From assembly GCA_963777505.1 (NCBI GenBank), contig CAVZQN010000004.1:1792001-1856000 (forward strand): DNA of 64,000 nucleotides. The letters are read 5' to 3'. Positions 63,884 through 64,000 of this stretch are shown one piece after another. A program made the position numbers and the translations under genes. Within the stretch, counting starts at the first letter, position 1. Each line of letters begins with the position of its first letter. The notes under the pieces were generated by a model. It was not told where the DNA came from. It did no database searches and saw only the letters and a list, made by a program, of their open reading frames with translations. Source of the stretch: an uncultured bacterium (GTDB lineage: Bacteria > Acidobacteriota > HRBIN11 > JAKEFK01).

Positions 63884-63982
63884 CGAATTAATTAGAGGCC
63901 CGGCCCCGCGGGGAGCGCAGACGTCCCGAATTAATTAGAGGCCCGGCCCCGCGGAAGCGGGAAGCGGGGGCCGGGCCTCTAA
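63884..63982. repeat. Family C palindrome with a 28-bp direct duplication
   Basis: CGAATTAATTAGAGGCCCGGCCCCGCGG at 63884 and 63927, closed by GGGGCCGGGCCTCTAA. Confidence 0.75.
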
Positions 63983-64000
63983 AAATGCTAAGTTCAATCA

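Noticed and set aside
63884-63982. 28-bp direct repeat resembling the start of a CRISPR array
   Set aside because: Only two copies with a 15-bp gap, and the unit belongs to the dispersed family C palindrome.

Overview
A 64 kb bacterial chromosomal segment, most likely Acidobacteriota (an acidobacterial-type PadR next to an ADOP duplicated permease, DUF4388 proteins, miaA-hfq). From left to right it holds: (1) a minus-strand envelope operon of more than 13 kb (beta-propeller, VIT-vWA, ~2,380-aa TPR-like protein, hypothetical, partial SxxK transpeptidase) with a near-consensus sigma-54 promoter; (2) an ABC-2 exporter, a GT-C-like membrane protein, an orphan protein with a Csm2/Cas11-like C-terminus and an M64 peptidase; (3) a two-permease RND efflux operon with an ECF-like promoter; (4) AIM24/TIGR00266, two tandem Ser/Thr kinases with PspB-like N-termini, HU and a BlaI-like repressor; (5) a small AT-richer insert and PadR-ADOP; (6) large secreted proteins (Kelch, M36/M4-like protease, HQxxH pseudo-peptidase, matrixin), an amidase, a GT2 and a 90-aa secreted (Asn-X)30 protein; (7) SpoIID, two DUF4388 genes, miaA, hfq, a class V aminotransferase and serA. 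Ten genes are split by single-base frameshifts (9 extra bases, 1 missing), most likely long-read errors. Several REP-like palindrome families and short-repeat arrays sit in intergenic regions. No rRNA, tRNA, CRISPR array or transposase was recognised. The most interesting items are the PspB-like/kinase pair, the sigma-54 VIT/TPR operon, the orphan Csm2-like fusion and the (N-X)n secreted protein. Family assignments come from motif recognition by eye, not from database searches.
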